From positions 8,186,001-8,250,000 of the forward strand of contig CM052832.1 of assembly GCA_028534125.1 (NCBI GenBank): a DNA stretch of 64,000 nt. The letters are read 5' to 3'. The notes under the pieces were generated by a model. That model was not told the DNA's origin. It did no database searches and saw only the letters and a list, made by a program, of their open reading frames with translations. Shown here one piece after another: positions 61,340 through 64,000 of the stretch. Position numbers and translations under genes: made by a program. Positions within the stretch are counted from its first letter, which is position 1, and each line of letters begins with the position of its first letter. This DNA is from Lama glama (taxonomy: Eukaryota).

Positions 61340-61900
61340 GCAACCAGGAAGACACTTCTGGGCACTGACTATCTGCATGTACGACCCTGGGTGTGGGGGC
61401 TCACGGTCTAGTGGAGACACAGCACAGAGGCTACTTTGCAGTCTGACTCAGCACTTGCTAAGACAGAACTTTGCTCAGGTGCTGGAGCACCGGAGGGGCA
61501 CCTGGAGGAGGGCTTCTGGGAGCAGGCAATGCAGGAGTAGGGTCCCAAAGGTTGATCCTGAACTGGCCAGTTGAACAAGGGGAAGGAAGGGTAATCTGGG
61601 CAGGGGAACAGTACGTGCAAAAGCATGAAAGTGTGAAATAGCGGGGGTTGTGCTAGGGAGGGACTCAGCATTCAGGGTAACTAGGGTTACACAAAGAGGA
61701 AAGTGGATGGAAAGGAAGGTGGGGCCCCGGCCTAGGGAGGGGGAGCTTTGATGGGCTTTAAGCAGGCATAGGGTGTGATCAGAGTCATGAGTTTCAGCTA
61801 TGTCCTGTGGCTGCAGGGGCAAAGAGACATGGGGGTTGAGATGGGCAGCCGTTCCAGGAGCTCAGTGATCAGTCTGAGTAAAGGCAGAGCTCGCTGGGAT
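61340..61900 (-). mobile_element. L2 fragment
   Basis: agggcttctgggag...ctgggcaggggaacagtacgtgcaaaagcatg...gggctttaagcagg...gtgatcaga. Confidence 0.65.
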
Positions 61901-62649
61901 TCCATCCCAACCTCCACCTATGTGTTGAGGGTACCTGTTCCTCTCCATCAATTTAGCATTGAGGAAACAGGCCCAGAGAGAGGATATAAAGGCCCCAGAG
62001 TGGCTGAGTTCACAATTCAAGGGGGTAGTTTCGATCTCTCTTCCAGACTCAGAATGAAACTCTACTGAGGCCAGGCCTTGTTCAAAGAATGTTTCCTATT
62101 GGGCAGTTGCCTCAACTCTGATTTTCCAGAGAGTGGTCGGTGTTCATTGACCTTAAGGGCGAATCTATATCCTTGTCCTTCCTCTGCAGTGATAATAAAG
62201 TTAATGGGATTATTTTCCGTGTGGAAGAATAGGGCTGCTAAGAAAACATTGTGGAGTAAAGGCTGTTTGCAAAGGCCAGATGGAAAGGGCAAATCTTTGC
62301 CACCAGGAGGAATTAAAGGGTGTGTCTCCCAGGCTCCGGAGAACCATGCCACCAGCGCCTTGCTTTGCCTGAGCCTGCCGTGTGCCTGTGCTGTGACTTC
62401 CCTTGGCCTCACCTCATCTGATTCACGCAGATGGCCAGATGGCAGAGCTGCCCATCCTGTCTCCCTGGTCTCCAATGTGCAGGTTACCTGGTTAGTTGAT
62501 TAGCTTTTGGAAAAAGAGTTTATTCCAGACGCAGAAAAGGTCCAAACTGGACTTTAAAGATTGTAAATGGGGTCTGCTCTCATTGTAAACAGGGACACCG
62601 AGATCTCCACTTATACTGAGATGAGCTTGTTTCAGGTGTGTCAAGGCCT

Positions 62650-62815
62650 AGCAGGGAAACTGAGGCACAGAGGTGGGAAATGGCTTGCCCTGGCCGTACA
62701 GACAGCAGATGGATTGAAATGGGGAAACTGAGGATCAGAGAAGAGAAATGGCTAGCCCAGGCACCCACAGCCTGGTGGTGGTAAAGCCTGGCATTGGAAT
62801 CAAGTCTCTGACCCC
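62650..62815 (-). mobile_element. Tandem MIR cores
   Basis: gggaaactgaggcacagagg and atggggaaactgaggatcagag...ggaatcaagtctctgac. Confidence 0.75.
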
Positions 62816-63319
62816 CAGGACAGAGCTGGATCTGTCATCAACCCCGAGCTCCTGTCCCTTCTGCCCTCCCCCTACTTCTCTGCAGAGAAACCGCAGCAGT
62901 TTGCTGCAGTCCATCTGTTTGCTGAGTCTCAAGTCATCCCTAACGGTGTCTCCAAACCCTCTGCCAGCCCCTTTAGATCTTATCGACTCAGCCCGTATGA
63001 GGGCTCCTCACCTGGACCATCCCCAAACAGCATCCGTGTGCACAGGTGCACTGGGTGGGCGGGGGGCAGGGCATTCCAGCGGGGGCTAGACAATGGCTGG
63101 GTTAAGAGGGTCATCTTCTTTTCGCACCTCCTGAATCCTTGAGTTTGTAAATGATTATCCCAGGCTACACAAAGCAGGCATTGAGCAAGCCTCTCACTGC
63201 CCCATGACACAGCAGGCAGAAGCTACTAGGGTCTGCGAGTGGCTGGGTGGCAGCTCCCAACCCCCTCCTGGGTACCAGGATTGGGTTACCCATATAATCC
63301 CTGCTCCTCTATCCACCCT

Positions 63320-63760
63320 CTTTGTGCCCATTGTACTTTATAATCGAGGGGCATGATGCAACCTGCTAATTACGCTGCTTGATTTTGAACACATCCTGGC
63401 TTCTCTGACTCAGGAGGGAGAGGGAGGCAGGAGCAGCCAGCTCTGCTTTGTGGCTTATCAGGGCTGGGTTATTCCGCTCACACCCGCTCACGCCTCCCCG
63501 GCCTTTGTTAACCACAGCTTGCATCACCTCCTGCTTTCCATTTCTCCAGAATTTTTTTTAACGGCCCTTTTTTATGAGCCGCTCCATCTTGTTAGCTAAT
63601 GAATGATTGTGGGGCAGCGATGGGGATCGCTTTGTGTCTCTATTAAATGTTACATGATTGCAATTATGAGTTAACAAGGGACAGCTAATAAAAAAAAAAT
63701 CTATTTTGTGTCCTGGGGCAGACATGAGACTCACTGCCTGGTTCCCAGGCTGAATAATTC
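63320..63760. promoter_or_regulatory. Candidate conserved non-coding element / enhancer
   Basis: No recognisable repeat; AT-richer than its flanks; dense in TAAT/ATTA cores (ctaattac, gctaatgaatgattg, gcaattatgagttaac). Confidence 0.35.
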
Positions 63761-64000
63761 TGAGCCCTAGGGACAACAGGCTGGACAAGGAATCTATCAA
63801 GGGAAGGATGGGCGTTCCCAGGCCGTAGGGGTGCGGCCAGTGGGAGGGCAGGGGCTTTATCGCCAAATCTTTTTGGAGGCCTCCCTACTCATCCAGAGAG
63901 CTCGAGCTTCCATAGGCCTGTCCTCACTAAACCTGTTGGGAGTGGACTGGGTCCCTGGAAGATGAGTGACCCCAAGAATTGGGCAGAAGTGTCTGAGAAT

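Noticed and set aside
1..64000. CpG island / gene promoter and locus identity
   Set aside because: No extended CpG-dense segment seen and no exon I recognise, so no gene symbol is assigned

Overview
Mammalian nuclear genomic DNA, most likely a camelid (alpaca/camel). This is inferred from a single Vic-1-like tRNA-Ala-derived SINE at ~36.9 kb and the absence of recognisable Alu, Bov-tA, PRE-1, CHR or Can-SINE elements. The window is GC-rich, CpG-depleted and non-coding (intergenic or a very large intron). It is dense in ancient eutherian repeats (MIR, L2, L3/CR1, L1M, MaLR and ERVL LTRs, hAT-Charlie/Blackjack and Tigger MITEs) and has two 500-N assembly gaps. I cannot support any protein-coding gene: the listed ORFs are low-complexity, gap-spanning or decayed L1/L2 sequence. 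I also cannot support a genuinely new biological system. The best leads are a candidate 6-nt microexon (57846-57851), a triple AP-1/ETS cluster (~9.1 kb), several repeat-free enhancer-like blocks (mainly 53-64 kb), two arrays of an L2-like ~40-bp tandem unit, and nested insertions including a tail-less L1 fragment inside an older L1. Repeat family and subfamily names come from remembered consensus motifs, and boundaries are approximate.
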